Source of the DNA: Clostridia bacterium
GTDB taxonomy: Bacteria > Bacillota > Clostridia > Christensenellales > Aristaeellaceae
Length of the DNA: 64,000 nucleotides
Direction: 5' to 3'
Assembly: GCA_017404985.1 (NCBI GenBank)
Contig: JAFRBK010000031.1
Location: 3,114 to 67,113 of the forward strand
Part shown: positions 17,667 to 27,800 of the stretch, one piece after another
How the letters are laid out: every line of letters begins with the position of its first letter
Position numbering within the stretch: position 1 is the stretch's first letter
Notes under the pieces: generated by a model
Told to the model about the DNA's origin: nothing
Seen by the model: only the letters and a program-made list of their open reading frames with translations
The model's database searches: none
Program-made: the position numbers and the translations under genes

Positions 17667-20303
17667 CTATTCGTTCCGGATCAGCTGCTTCTCCGCGCGG
17701 AATCCGTCGTCAACCGTGACTTCGATTCCGCTGCCTTCCGGCATTTCTTCCGACAGTTCAATCCTGTACGCGCGCCCGTCCTCCCCCGCCACCGGAATCA
17801 GGTTCAGCGGGAGGCTCGGGCCTTTCCCTTTCAGCACCGCAGTAACGGACAGGGGGCAAGGCTGCGGGGCGACGAAGGCATCGTGCTGAATGATTTCTCC
17901 GGAATCCGGGTCCGCATCCCGGGGCTGCGGATCCCCGGCCGGATCCCGGACCGTAAGATGCAGCGTTCCGGCTCCCTCCCAGTGCCAGAGCACATAAGGG
18001 CGGTACACGCAGCGGGGAAGCGGAACCTGTTCTGTCTTTTCAGCATAAAAGTATCCATTCTCCGGGATCGGCGCCGTCGGCCAGGGATACAGGGAATCCG
18101 GAGGCGTCCCCGGCGCCGGCGCGGGAAGAACCACCTCCCGGGGCTGAACCGTTCCGTCTGTCCTCAGCCCTTCCACTTTCTCCTCATGATAGGGATATTC
18201 CGGCGCCATCTCACGGCCGGAGGGCCGCCGCCACGGGCTGCGAACCATCGTCACATTCCCGCCGCATCGGATGCCGGACAGTTCTGCATCCCGAATGTCG
18301 TCCAGCACCACGGCGTCCCGTTCGTCCGGCGCCTGGGTCGAGAAGGCCGCGTTCTTCAGCCGCAGCCCTTCCGCATGCCGGGCATACAAACCATAGGCCG
18401 GCAGAATGCCGTAGTTGGACGGTTCCGGATAAACCTCCGCCAGCTCCGGCACATTGTAGGGATCGGATACCCATCGGCGGCGCTTCGGATCCCAGTCCGC
18501 CCGGGGAAGGAGCCCTTCATTCTTGGCGAAAAACGTATTGACCAGCCAGGGAAGAATCTGCAGGTCCCGCGGCGCCCCGAACTGGGAAAAGCTCCAGACC
18601 GTATTCAGCTGGCGCTGCTCCTCCGCCATCTTCCGGGTGATTCCGCCCCGGTATTCCACATCAATGTTTTCCAGCGTAATATTCCGAATGGGGCTGTCCG
18701 CCAGGCCCTGAATCAGAATCGGGTATCTTGGATCCGCATCCCGCACCTTCAGGTTCCGGATGGTGATATTCCAGGCCCTCGCCACCGTGTTTCCGGGAGC
18801 TGCCCCGCAGGCATTGGCATACAGCGGCAGCTCTTTTTCCGAAAGGGGACGGTTCTCATCCCGGACGTATGTTCCCTTCTCCCGGTCCCATTTTTTGGCG
18901 TAGTACCGCGCCTTTCCGCCTTCAACCGCCGTGTCATAATTGGCGGGATTGAGGCTTACAGGATCTTTCTCCCGGGGCACCGTAAATTCGCTGGCGCCGT
19001 CAACGCTGACCTTCCGGTCCCTCCGGACCGCCGGCAGATACGAAGCTGCCGGATACGCGGGCCAGTCCTTTCCGCAGGGAAGAATCCATTCCTGATGGTC
19101 CAGCCGAACCTGCTGTTTCTGCGCTTCCCGTTCCTCCCCGATATTCACCGGATCGCTTCGAACCGTTCCCAGAACATCTTCCCCGCTGTTTCCGGTAACG
19201 GGAAACCGGTTCCGGATCCCCAGCCTGATAAATACCGGAGAGGAGCTGACCTCCCTCATCCGGCAGTCTTCAAAGAGAATATCATGCATGTCCGCGGTGT
19301 CACAGGATTCCAGGCAGATGCCCCGGGAACGGATAAACTCTACCCGCCTCACGGTGACATGGTCGCAGCCGCAGCTGGCCTCCGTGCCGAATTTGACCCG
19401 CCCGCAGGGCTTGCAGCGGTCCGTGGCGGCCAGCTTGTCCCGGGTATACTGTCCGGCATACACGCTGCCCGCGTCAAAACCCATGACCTTGCAGTCCTCC
19501 ACCAGAATGTTCCTCACGGGCATGAATTTCTTCGCCCCGAAGGAGGCCTTCAGGCAGATCGCGTCATCGTTCAGGGAATTGAATACGGAGTTCCTCAGCG
19601 TAACATCCTGGCTTCCGTCCAGGTCCAGCGCGTCCCGCGCCGTATCCACCAGCAGGCGGTCCATCCAGATATCCCTGCAGCCGCTCAAAATCAGGGCAAA
19701 ATGCCCGCCGATCAGAAACGTGAAATCTGTCAGCACAACGCCTTCGCAGCCGTCCAGCGCAATGCCCTTATTGCCAAACCAGCTCCCCGCATGCCCCTTC
19801 CCGGTTCTTTTTTCCGGGAAAGCCGGATCCCACCGGTTCAGGATGTATTCCAGCGGCTCGCCGGGTTTCCGGGTATGATAATTGCTTCCGTCCAGCACCC
19901 CGCTGCCCGTAATCGCAATCCTGTGCAGGTCCCGGCCGTAAATGAGGCTGTTGGCCAGATAGCTGTGCCCGTGGTCCTGAATGCCCGCGAAGAGGTTTAC
20001 CTCCGGTTCGTCATAGTTTCCCCCTTCCGCGCCCGGCCTTGCGGCACGAAGCACGGCGCCTTTTTCCAGGTGCAGCGTCACATCGTCCTGCATCCGAAGG
20101 GTGTAGACCCCGTAAATTCCTTTCGGAATCAGCACGGTTCCTCCCCCGCCTTCGGAGGCTCTGGCGATCAGGTCATTGATGATCCGCGTATTTTCCGCAG
20201 GGCTGTCGGCGCCGGTCACCCCGTAATCCGTCACTGTAAAAATCCTTTTTCCGTGGCCCGCCAGCATTTCCGGCCGGATTCCCGCTCCGGGATGTGCCGT
20301 CAT
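17667..20303 (-). CDS. GH28-like / pectin-lyase-fold polysaccharide enzyme
   Basis: FTVTDYG, GGGTVLIPKG, RDALDLD, NDDAICLK and VKFGTE beta-helix motifs, with a long C-terminal extension. Start moved to 20303. Confidence 0.78.
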   Translation of the reverse strand: MTAHPGAGIRPEMLAGHGKRIFTVTDYGVTGADSPAENTRIINDLIARASEGGGGTVLIPKGIYGVYTLRMQDDVTLHLEKGAVLRAARPGAEGGNYDEPEVNLFAGIQDHGHSYLANSLIYGRDLHRIAITGSGVLDGSNYHTRKPGEPLEYILNRWDPAFPEKRTGKGHAGSWFGNKGIALDGCEGVVLTDFTFLIGGHFALILSGCRDIWMDRLLVDTARDALDLDGSQDVTLRNSVFNSLNDDAICLKASFGAKKFMPVRNILVEDCKVMGFDAGSVYAGQYTRDKLAATDRCKPCGRVKFGTEASCGCDHVTVRRVEFIRSRGICLESCDTADMHDILFEDCRMREVSSSPVFIRLGIRNRFPVTGNSGEDVLGTVRSDPVNIGEEREAQKQQVRLDHQEWILPCGKDWPAYPAASYLPAVRRDRKVSVDGASEFTVPREKDPVSLNPANYDTAVEGGKARYYAKKWDREKGTYVRDENRPLSEKELPLYANACGAAPGNTVARAWNITIRNLKVRDADPRYPILIQGLADSPIRNITLENIDVEYRGGITRKMAEEQRQLNTVWSFSQFGAPRDLQILPWLVNTFFAKNEGLLPRADWDPKRRRWVSDPYNVPELAEVYPEPSNYGILPAYGLYARHAEGLRLKNAAFSTQAPDERDAVVLDDIRDAELSGIRCGGNVTMVRSPWRRPSGREMAPEYPYHEEKVEGLRTDGTVQPREVVLPAPAPGTPPDSLYPWPTAPIPENGYFYAEKTEQVPLPRCVYRPYVLWHWEGAGTLHLTVRDPAGDPQPRDADPDSGEIIQHDAFVAPQPCPLSVTAVLKGKGPSLPLNLIPVAGEDGRAYRIELSEEMPEGSGIEVTVDDGFRAEKQLIRNE

Positions 20304-20385
20304 GTTCTCATCTCCCCATCTGCGCTTTTGCTCCGGCAGCAGCAACTGCCTGCGCGGCAGGCAGCCTTCTTTTTCCCGGAATGCG

Positions 20386-22305
20386 TTATCTCGGGAATTC
20401 CACCACGATGCATTCAAAGGGCCGCAGGCTGTAGGTGATGCGGTGGGAATAGCCGTCGCACTCCTTCCAGTCCGCCGTCAGCGGCGGTATGCCGCCGACC
20501 TCCGCCGGATTCCCCTGCCCCGGCAGGCTGTCGTAGGTGCTGAAGACCCGCTTGTAGAGCCCGCCGAAGGGTACGCCGCAGCTGTAGTCATAAATGGATA
20601 CCGGCGACAGGTTCAGCACGCACAGCACCGCGCCGGAATAATCCCACGGGTTCCGGCGGATGTAGGCCAGGATATTTCGGTCCGCGTCGCCCCGGTTCAC
20701 CCACTCAAAGGTGCGGGAATCCCTGCTGTCCGAATACAGCGACGGATACATTTTATACAGGCCCACCAGGTTCCGCACGCACTGCATCACGTCCCGGTGG
20801 CCCATGTCGTCCGCCAGGTGCCAGTCGATGCTGTCCTTCACGTTCCATTCCCGCTCCTGGGCAAACTCCTGGCCCATGAACATCAGCTTCTTGCCCGGGA
20901 AGGTAAACTGCCAGGTATACATCGCTTTCAATTCACCCAGGCGTTCTTCCTTGCTGCCCGGGGCCTTCATGGCCATGGCCCCTTTTCCGTAGACGACCTC
21001 GTCATGGCTCAGCACCAGGACATAGTTTTCTGTGAAGGCGTAGTCCGCAATATGCGTCAGCTGCCCGTGGTGCCATTTCCGGTAAACCGGGTCCAGCTTG
21101 AAATACCGCAGCGTATCGTTCATCCAGCCCATGTTCCATTTAAACGTGAAACCCAGGCCGCCGTTGCGGACGTCTTCCGTGATGCCCCATTCCGCCGAAG
21201 AATCCTCCGCGATCAGGAATCCGCTGGTCCGGCCACAGACTTCCGTATTCAGCTGGCGCATAAAGTCCATGCCTTCCAGGTTCATCCGCCCGCCGAACAT
21301 GTTGGGCCGCCATTCATTCCGGTCATAGTCGTTGTACAGCATGGAAGCCACCGCGTCCACCCGCAGGGCGTCGATATGGAATTCGCGAATCCAGTAGATC
21401 GCGTTGGCGATCAGGAAGGACCGGACCTCCGGTTTGGTGTGGTCAAAGGCCAGGGTTCCCCAGACCGGGAATTCCCGGCGCAGCGGGTCGCAGCTTTCAT
21501 ACAGCGGCGTGCCGTCAAACCAGGACATGGCAAAGCCGTCCTTTGGGAAATGGGCCGGCACCCAGTCCAGGATCACGCCGATGCCGGCCTGGTGCATTTT
21601 GTCGACAAAGGCCCGGAAATCGTTCGGCGTTCCGTAGCGGCTGGTCGGGGCGTAGTATCCGGTCACCTGGTATCCCCAGGACAGGTCAAAGGGATGCTCA
21701 CAGATCCCCATGAGCTCAATATGGGTGTATCCCATATACTGCATGTACTGCACCAGGTCGTCCGCCAGCTGGGTATAATTCAGAAAACCGTCCTCGTCCC
21801 AGTCGCCCTGGTATCCCTTTTTCCAGGAGCCGAGATGCACCTCATAGATGGCCATGGGCTTTTCCAATACCCTGGTGTTATCCCGCTGGTTCTGGTAATC
21901 CCCGTCGTTCCAGGAATAGGAATCCAGCGGATAGACAATCGACGCGTTGGCCGGGCGCCGCTCATACCAGAAGGAATAGGGATCGGATTTGTCCCGGCGC
22001 ACGCCGTCGGCACCGGTGATCAGATAGCGGTAGGCATCCCCGGAACCCACCCCCGGCAGGAAGCATTCCCAGACACCGCTGTCCCACATGCTGCGGCTCA
22101 TCCACTGCTCGTTTTCCCAGCCGGTTTTCGCGCAGATCACGGAGACATACTGCGCATTCGGCGCCCAGACGGCGAAGCGCGTTCCGGCCACGCCGTCCAC
22201 CACATCCGGATGGGCGCCCAGTTTTTGGTAAACTTCATAGTTTGTTCCCTGGTGGAACAGGAAGCTGTCGAATTCGCTGAATAAGCGGCTGTTTTCCTCT
22301 GCCAT
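20386..22305 (-). CDS. glgB: 1,4-alpha-glucan branching enzyme
   Basis: FAVWAPNA, IYEVHLGSW, SWGYQ, ILDWVPAHF, LRVDAVASM, IAEDS and LSHDEVV. Start moved to 22305 (SD AGGAGG). Confidence 0.95.
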   Translation of the reverse strand: MAEENSRLFSEFDSFLFHQGTNYEVYQKLGAHPDVVDGVAGTRFAVWAPNAQYVSVICAKTGWENEQWMSRSMWDSGVWECFLPGVGSGDAYRYLITGADGVRRDKSDPYSFWYERRPANASIVYPLDSYSWNDGDYQNQRDNTRVLEKPMAIYEVHLGSWKKGYQGDWDEDGFLNYTQLADDLVQYMQYMGYTHIELMGICEHPFDLSWGYQVTGYYAPTSRYGTPNDFRAFVDKMHQAGIGVILDWVPAHFPKDGFAMSWFDGTPLYESCDPLRREFPVWGTLAFDHTKPEVRSFLIANAIYWIREFHIDALRVDAVASMLYNDYDRNEWRPNMFGGRMNLEGMDFMRQLNTEVCGRTSGFLIAEDSSAEWGITEDVRNGGLGFTFKWNMGWMNDTLRYFKLDPVYRKWHHGQLTHIADYAFTENYVLVLSHDEVVYGKGAMAMKAPGSKEERLGELKAMYTWQFTFPGKKLMFMGQEFAQEREWNVKDSIDWHLADDMGHRDVMQCVRNLVGLYKMYPSLYSDSRDSRTFEWVNRGDADRNILAYIRRNPWDYSGAVLCVLNLSPVSIYDYSCGVPFGGLYKRVFSTYDSLPGQGNPAEVGGIPPLTADWKECDGYSHRITYSLRPFECIVVEFPR

Positions 22306-22475
22306 TTCTGCGTCCTCCTTTTTTTCTGTTTTTCGATACCTGCAGGATAACATATCTTCCGGGTTTTTCTCAATACCTTTGACCGGCAAATCCTGAAAAT
22401 TCCAACGATCCGTGCTTTGACAGTATTATACCATACGAAGCGTTGCAAAAGCGTGACTCAAACCACAGGTAATGG

Positions 22476-22519
22476 AAAAAAACACAAAAGCCCGGGGCGG
22501 ATTGCTCCGCCTCCGGGCT
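22476..22519 (-). terminator. Intrinsic terminator after the ligase-acyltransferase pair
   Basis: GC-rich stem with a GCAA tetraloop, followed by TTTTGTGTTTTTTT on the minus strand. Confidence 0.8.
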
Positions 22520-22567
22520 GCCGGAAAACAATGACTCATGTTCTTTGTGCCGCGCGCGGCACGTCCG

Positions 22568-23878
22568 TCAATCCAGCGCCATGCCGTCCCGCCAGTTCGT
22601 TTTCGGCAGGGAAAAGCGCTGTTCGGGTGTGCGCTCAAACGGAAGTTCGTGGTCTTTGATTACCTGCTCCAGCGCGTCGAGAATCGGCGTAATGTCGCTG
22701 CAGGCCAGGCAGGTGAGGCGGAACGACCCATTGTGCTCGATGATATTGATGTGCAGGGTGTTGCCAAGGGCAGGTTTGCAAAGGAAACGCACATCCGTGA
22801 TCTGTTCGGAATAGGCTGTTTTGTGCATGGAACCGATATAGTCTATATAGAACGTATCGTGGCATACGCCCAGAAATCCGGCGGGCTTTTTGATCTCTTC
22901 CTGATAGTCCGTGGCTTCTCCCATCCGCTTGCGGTACATGCCGCCGAGATAATTATACTGTACATGGTACAGTTCTGTATCCATCTGCATCTTCAGCACG
23001 CTCCGGAGCTGCGCGGCGCGCTGGGCAAAAGGCATGGCATCCATGGGTGTTCCGTGAACCGGCAGGGTCACCCTGGAAGAGCAGTTTTTAAAGGTTTCCT
23101 CACAGCCCAGCATCCGCCGGACGGACACGGGGGCATTCGCCACGATCGGTGCATCCGCGTCCGGATGTACCCGCAGGATCGCCTCGCCCACCAGCATGGA
23201 AAACATGACCGCCGGAGACGTTCCGTTTCCCTTCACAAAGGCCATGAACGCATCGGAACGCAGGTGGAAACCGTTTTCCAGCACTTCGCCGTCCGGATTG
23301 AAGACAATTTCCGGAATATGGTAAGGCACAGGCTGTTCCTTTCGCTCCGGCATTTTGAATTCCGGCGAAACCTCATAGGTTTTGGAGCAGGGTTCAAAGG
23401 TTTCTGCTTCCGTCATTTCACTCTTGTCGTTCCGGATTCCGTTGGATTCGTATTCCGTGTTGTCCTTCATGCAGTAATAATGGTACAGGGTGGATTCGAT
23501 AAAAGAATTCAGGCCCTGGCCGTCGCAGAAACCGTGGAACATGGAGAACCAGGTTTTATTTCCGTCCCAGGTGACGTCCAGCATATGCCAGTTGGTTTCC
23601 GATCCGCCTACCCGGCGGATTTTGTCGGTATGCGCAACCGTCATGGGCAGCGGGTTTTCCGCGTAATATACGGCGCCGTGTTCCACGGTGAAAGTATCGC
23701 TCGCATAGGGCATCCGCGTGAGGGTTCTTTCCATGGCGCGCTGCAGCAGATCGCCGTCGATCTCCTCCCGGTGGCTTACCTCTACGGTGTAAACGGGTAT
23801 GTCAGGCGCCAGATAAACATAAGGGGTGGCGGAAAAGGCCATTTCTTTTTTCTTAAAGTTCGGACGCTGGGTGTTCAT
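22568..23878 (-). CDS. CoA-dependent acyltransferase / condensation-domain-like protein
   Basis: Catalytic-type HxxxDG motif (HGFCDG), 'LLQRAMERTL' and 'PVSVRRML...FKN'. SD GAGGAG. Confidence 0.68.
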   Translation of the reverse strand: MNTQRPNFKKKEMAFSATPYVYLAPDIPVYTVEVSHREEIDGDLLQRAMERTLTRMPYASDTFTVEHGAVYYAENPLPMTVAHTDKIRRVGGSETNWHMLDVTWDGNKTWFSMFHGFCDGQGLNSFIESTLYHYYCMKDNTEYESNGIRNDKSEMTEAETFEPCSKTYEVSPEFKMPERKEQPVPYHIPEIVFNPDGEVLENGFHLRSDAFMAFVKGNGTSPAVMFSMLVGEAILRVHPDADAPIVANAPVSVRRMLGCEETFKNCSSRVTLPVHGTPMDAMPFAQRAAQLRSVLKMQMDTELYHVQYNYLGGMYRKRMGEATDYQEEIKKPAGFLGVCHDTFYIDYIGSMHKTAYSEQITDVRFLCKPALGNTLHINIIEHNGSFRLTCLACSDITPILDALEQVIKDHELPFERTPEQRFSLPKTNWRDGMALD

Positions 23879-23900
23879 TTTGATTTCTCCTCGTGTCTGT

Positions 23901-25901
23901 TTATTCTTCTTTGTTGTTTCTCATCAGGAATTCCTGGATATTGATTTCCTGCTCGTACAGGAAGTCCATGCAGTAAACGGGTTTTCCGTCGGGATAATCC
24001 GTGTGGAAGTTGCTGACGGCTTTCAGGATGATCTTCGCGCTCATGGAAGTATCCCGCCGCTTGTCGATGAAATACTCCACACCGTTGTCGCTGAAGGACA
24101 CCCGCAGCCATTCGGGCATCAGCGTAATTTTCAGCCGGATGTTTCCGGCGGCGGAGTAAGCATCCATGATCCGCTCGGTCAGCATTTCCTCCACGGCCAG
24201 CCGGATCGCCATCGCCCGGCGCTTGCTGAATCCGATATCGGCGGCCAGCTCGCTGACCAGGCTGGTGACCGGTACAATGGCGTAGCCGCTGTTCTTCACA
24301 ACCAGGTCGAACACCGTCACGCCGCCCGCCAGCTCCTCGTCCACCGACAGCCGCAACAGCCGCGTGAGCATATCTGCATGCAGTGCGCGCTGGTCCAGCT
24401 TGCCGTTCACATTCAGGGGAAAGCTGTCATACAGGAAAATATGGGAAGGCACCTTAAACCGCGCGATCACGGCACGCAGGGCATTTTTGATCTTTTCCTG
24501 GTCGAAGCTCGCGCCGCCGTCGGTCATGGTCACGCAGGCTTCCACACTTTCGCCGTAGATCGGATGGGGCGCGCCCATCACCTTGGCCTCCCGGATGTTG
24601 TCGATCTGGTTCAGGGCGTTTTCGATCTCGGATGGGGAAATGTTTTCGCCGCCCCGGATGATTACATCCTTGATCCGGCCGGCCAGATACAGATATCCTT
24701 TTTCATCCAGAAGGCCCAGATCGCCGGTATGCAGCCAGCCGTCCTCGTCGATGGGCTGTTTGTCCTTCGGCAGCTTGTCATAGCCGTTCATCAGGTTGCC
24801 GCCGCGGGCGACCACCTCGCCGATTTCTCCCCGGGGCAGGAAACCGCCCTTGCCGTCCGAAATACGGATATCGAGTCCCTCGATGGCCTGCCCGACCGAC
24901 TGGGCCCGCTGTTCCACCATGTCGGAGGGCCGCACCATCGTCAGCGGCGCAGCCTCGCTCTGGCCGTACATATTGATGAAGGTGGCGTTGGCGAACTGCA
25001 GTTCCAGCCGCATCATCTGAACCGGGGTCGACATGCCGCCGGCAATCATGCACAGATGCAGGTTGGGAACCACATGATCCTCAAAACCCGGTGCTTCCGC
25101 CAGGCTCAGGTAAACCGCGCCCACCGCCGCCATATCGGAAACGCGGTAGGCGTCGATTTCCGTCACCAGCGTCTCCGGCTTATAATTGGCGGGCAGGCAT
25201 ACGGTCGCGCCCCGGCAGAGATAGGAATAGCTCATCAGCAGGCCCAGAATATGGAACAGCGGAACCGCCACGCAGACGCTGCGTCCCGCGTATTCCCCGG
25301 TGTTCCTGTTGAACGCGTCCGCGTCGAAGGTCAGGGCCCGCTGGGAAATCTGCACCGCCTTGGGGCGGGACGTCGTGCCGGAGGTAAAGATAATGATGGC
25401 TGTTTCCTCCGCCTCGGATTCGTTCCGCGCATCCGGCGTTTCCGCGGCATCCCGGAACGAATGGTCCAGATCCAGCACGTCCGGACGGATATCCAGGCAG
25501 TGCCCTTCCGGAATGCCGGCCAGGGACGCCAGCTCCCGCATAGCATTGGGATTCTTTTTCGTTTCGCTGTTGTCTCCGCAGAGCAGGAAGCCGGTTTCCG
25601 TCATCGCCAACAGTTCGGCGGCATCCGCGGCGCCCATGCTGTAATTCACCAGCACGGCGGTTCCGCCGGCCCGGACGACAGCGAAAAACGCAATCAGCCA
25701 GTTCGCTGAATTATAGCCCCACAGCGCCACCCTGGACCCCTTCCCGACGCCCATTTCCCGGAGTTTTCCGGCAAGGCCCAGGATGCCTTTCCGCATGTCC
25801 TCATAGGTGCAGCTGCCGCCGTTGCCGACGATGGCAAGGCAGCCCGGATAATCCTCGCTGATCCGCGAAGAAAACAGGCTGTTGATATCATTCTTACTCA
25901 T
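23901..25901 (-). CDS. AMP-binding (acyl-CoA/acyl-adenylate) enzyme fused to a C-terminal HATPase-like domain
   Basis: FTSGTTSRPK, YGQSE, GWLHTGDLG, GRIKDVIIRGGENI and NGKLD, then IRLAVEEML...VSFSDNG in about the last 135 aa. Confidence 0.85.
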   Translation of the reverse strand: MSKNDINSLFSSRISEDYPGCLAIVGNGGSCTYEDMRKGILGLAGKLREMGVGKGSRVALWGYNSANWLIAFFAVVRAGGTAVLVNYSMGAADAAELLAMTETGFLLCGDNSETKKNPNAMRELASLAGIPEGHCLDIRPDVLDLDHSFRDAAETPDARNESEAEETAIIIFTSGTTSRPKAVQISQRALTFDADAFNRNTGEYAGRSVCVAVPLFHILGLLMSYSYLCRGATVCLPANYKPETLVTEIDAYRVSDMAAVGAVYLSLAEAPGFEDHVVPNLHLCMIAGGMSTPVQMMRLELQFANATFINMYGQSEAAPLTMVRPSDMVEQRAQSVGQAIEGLDIRISDGKGGFLPRGEIGEVVARGGNLMNGYDKLPKDKQPIDEDGWLHTGDLGLLDEKGYLYLAGRIKDVIIRGGENISPSEIENALNQIDNIREAKVMGAPHPIYGESVEACVTMTDGGASFDQEKIKNALRAVIARFKVPSHIFLYDSFPLNVNGKLDQRALHADMLTRLLRLSVDEELAGGVTVFDLVVKNSGYAIVPVTSLVSELAADIGFSKRRAMAIRLAVEEMLTERIMDAYSAAGNIRLKITLMPEWLRVSFSDNGVEYFIDKRRDTSMSAKIILKAVSNFHTDYPDGKPVYCMDFLYEQEINIQEFLMRNNKEE

Positions 25902-25924
25902 CGTTTCCTCTTCCGCATTTTTTC

Positions 25925-25967
25925 AAAAGGCCAGCGTCTCCTCCCGAACCAGGAAGAGACGCCGGCC
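25925..25967 (-). terminator. Stem-loop between the secreted-protein gene and the ligase gene
   Basis: GGCCGGCGTCTC...GAGACGCTGGCC followed by TTTT on the minus strand. Confidence 0.6.
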
Positions 25968-26034
25968 GCTTGTTGCTTACTTTTTTTCGGAAATACCAGG
26001 CGGCAGGATAATTCGCCGCAGCGAACGCAGCCGC

Positions 26035-27549
26035 TTACTTCGCGGGTTCTTCATGAGTGTGTCCGTCAACGGCCTCGTGGATGTCGTCCACGTACTCATG
26101 GAGCAGGTCCAGTACGCCCAGCGCCTTGGCTTTGCCGGCGGTGCCGTCTTCCAGGGCTGAGATGTAATCCCGCAGCTTGGCGAATTCAGCCTCGAAGGCG
26201 ACGAAAGGCACTTCGTCCACATCCTTCACCTCGTGCAGGGTTTTGTTGTCTTTCAGATAATTCTTCAGCCTTTCGCCGGTATTCACCAGCATCACCGGCA
26301 GACGGGAATTGGTCGCTTCCAGCGCGGCTTTGATCGTTTCATTTTCCATGATGGTATCATAGACAGCCCGCAGGAGGTGGCTGGATCTGAGGAAGTCCAC
26401 TTCAGGATCAACCTGTTGCGCTGCCTGGATTTCATCTGCGGAAGCCGCGAGTCCCACGAACAGCAGCGCGAACACGGCTTCGGCTTCCTCTTCCGTGACG
26501 TTTTTCAGCTCCAGCTTGCCAAGCATTTCAAGAATCTTGGTCATCGTTTCTTCTGATTCTTTTTCTTTGGCGGCTTCATCGGCAAGAATATTCTTCACGA
26601 CCTTCTCCAGCACGGCGTACACGCTGCCGGTCGTATCGAAGTCATCTCCGCCCTTTGCCTTGATCTCGTCCAGATTGACTTTGCTGATCGCCTCTCCGAG
26701 ATCCTGGAGCATTTCACTGACCAGCTTGGAGTGGTCCACTTCCTTGGCGTCATCGTGGGAGTGGCCGTCGATGGCTTCATGAATATCATCCATGACGGCA
26801 TGGAGCAGCCCCAGCAGATCCAGGGCGCTCTGCTTCTTGCCATCGGTCCCCTTCAGGTAGTCTTCCAGCTTTTTGATCTCGGCTTCGAATTCCGTATAGG
26901 ACTTCTCATCCACTTCGATCTTCTCCGTCACCACCCCCAGGGAGCCGATCTGATCCACATATTCCTTGATCTGCTTGTTGTTTTCCTCAAGCATGTCAAA
27001 CAGCCTGGAATCGGTCGCTTTGACGGCAGCGGCCAGCGCTTCGTTCTGCTGGCAGGCTTCATATACCGTCTTCAGAATGCTGTTGGCGACCGCCATCGCC
27101 TTCACTGCGTCTTCTGTCTCCTGCTGTGCCGCCCTTTCCTCTGATTCAGCAATGACTGCCAGGAGGGCCAGGGAGGTCAGGAATTCCATTTCTTTTTCAT
27201 CCGCGTTTTTCAAAACTTCCGGATCGTTGATGATGGCGATCATCTTGTTCAGGTCTTCGTTCTGTTTCCCATCCTTGGCCATGGCTTCGGCAACGTTAGT
27301 CAGCACCTTGTTCAGAACGGCAAACACGTTCCCGCCGGAAACGTCCTGCTTTCCGGCGGCATCTGCCTTGGCGACATTTTCGTCAACCCGGATGGCAGCA
27401 TTCCCGATATCGGACAGAATCTGGCTGATCAGCCTGCTCATATTGACTTTTTCGGTTGGAGCCGACGCCTCGGTAGCCGTCTCGGCCATCGCGGGGAACA
27501 TGCCCACCAGCATGCACAGGGACACAATCAGGGCAATCAGTTTTTTCAT
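26035..27549 (-). CDS. Secreted helical protein with two tandem ~235-aa repeats
   Basis: Signal peptide ending AMA-E. Both halves end in LHxxxDDIHEAxDGHxH. Promoter TTGTAA-17-TATGAT at 27647-27675. Confidence 0.85.
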   Translation of the reverse strand: MKKLIALIVSLCMLVGMFPAMAETATEASAPTEKVNMSRLISQILSDIGNAAIRVDENVAKADAAGKQDVSGGNVFAVLNKVLTNVAEAMAKDGKQNEDLNKMIAIINDPEVLKNADEKEMEFLTSLALLAVIAESEERAAQQETEDAVKAMAVANSILKTVYEACQQNEALAAAVKATDSRLFDMLEENNKQIKEYVDQIGSLGVVTEKIEVDEKSYTEFEAEIKKLEDYLKGTDGKKQSALDLLGLLHAVMDDIHEAIDGHSHDDAKEVDHSKLVSEMLQDLGEAISKVNLDEIKAKGGDDFDTTGSVYAVLEKVVKNILADEAAKEKESEETMTKILEMLGKLELKNVTEEEAEAVFALLFVGLAASADEIQAAQQVDPEVDFLRSSHLLRAVYDTIMENETIKAALEATNSRLPVMLVNTGERLKNYLKDNKTLHEVKDVDEVPFVAFEAEFAKLRDYISALEDGTAGKAKALGVLDLLHEYVDDIHEAVDGHTHEEPAK

Positions 27550-27728
27550 GGGTCCATTTTCCTTTCTGATCTTCTTCTATGCTGGGAAAGCGCGGTTCTG
27601 CCTCCGGAAGGGAAAATCGGGGCCTTTTCCGGTGCAACAATCATGAATCATATCACAAATGTGCCATTGTTACAAGCAGTTCCGAAGAACAATTTCAATG
27701 TAACCAATTGCTGACAGGAAGGAGATCA

Positions 27729-27757
27729 TTGACTGAAAAACTGATTTCAGCTATGAT
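27729..27757 (+). promoter_or_regulatory. SigA promoter of the SBP-DGC(-PP2C) unit
   Basis: TTGACT, 17 nt, TATGAT upstream of SD AGGAGG and the ATG at 27801. Confidence 0.65.
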
Positions 27758-27800
27758 GAACCGGTCAGAAGGAACGTCGGAAAGGAGGCCAATCATTTCC

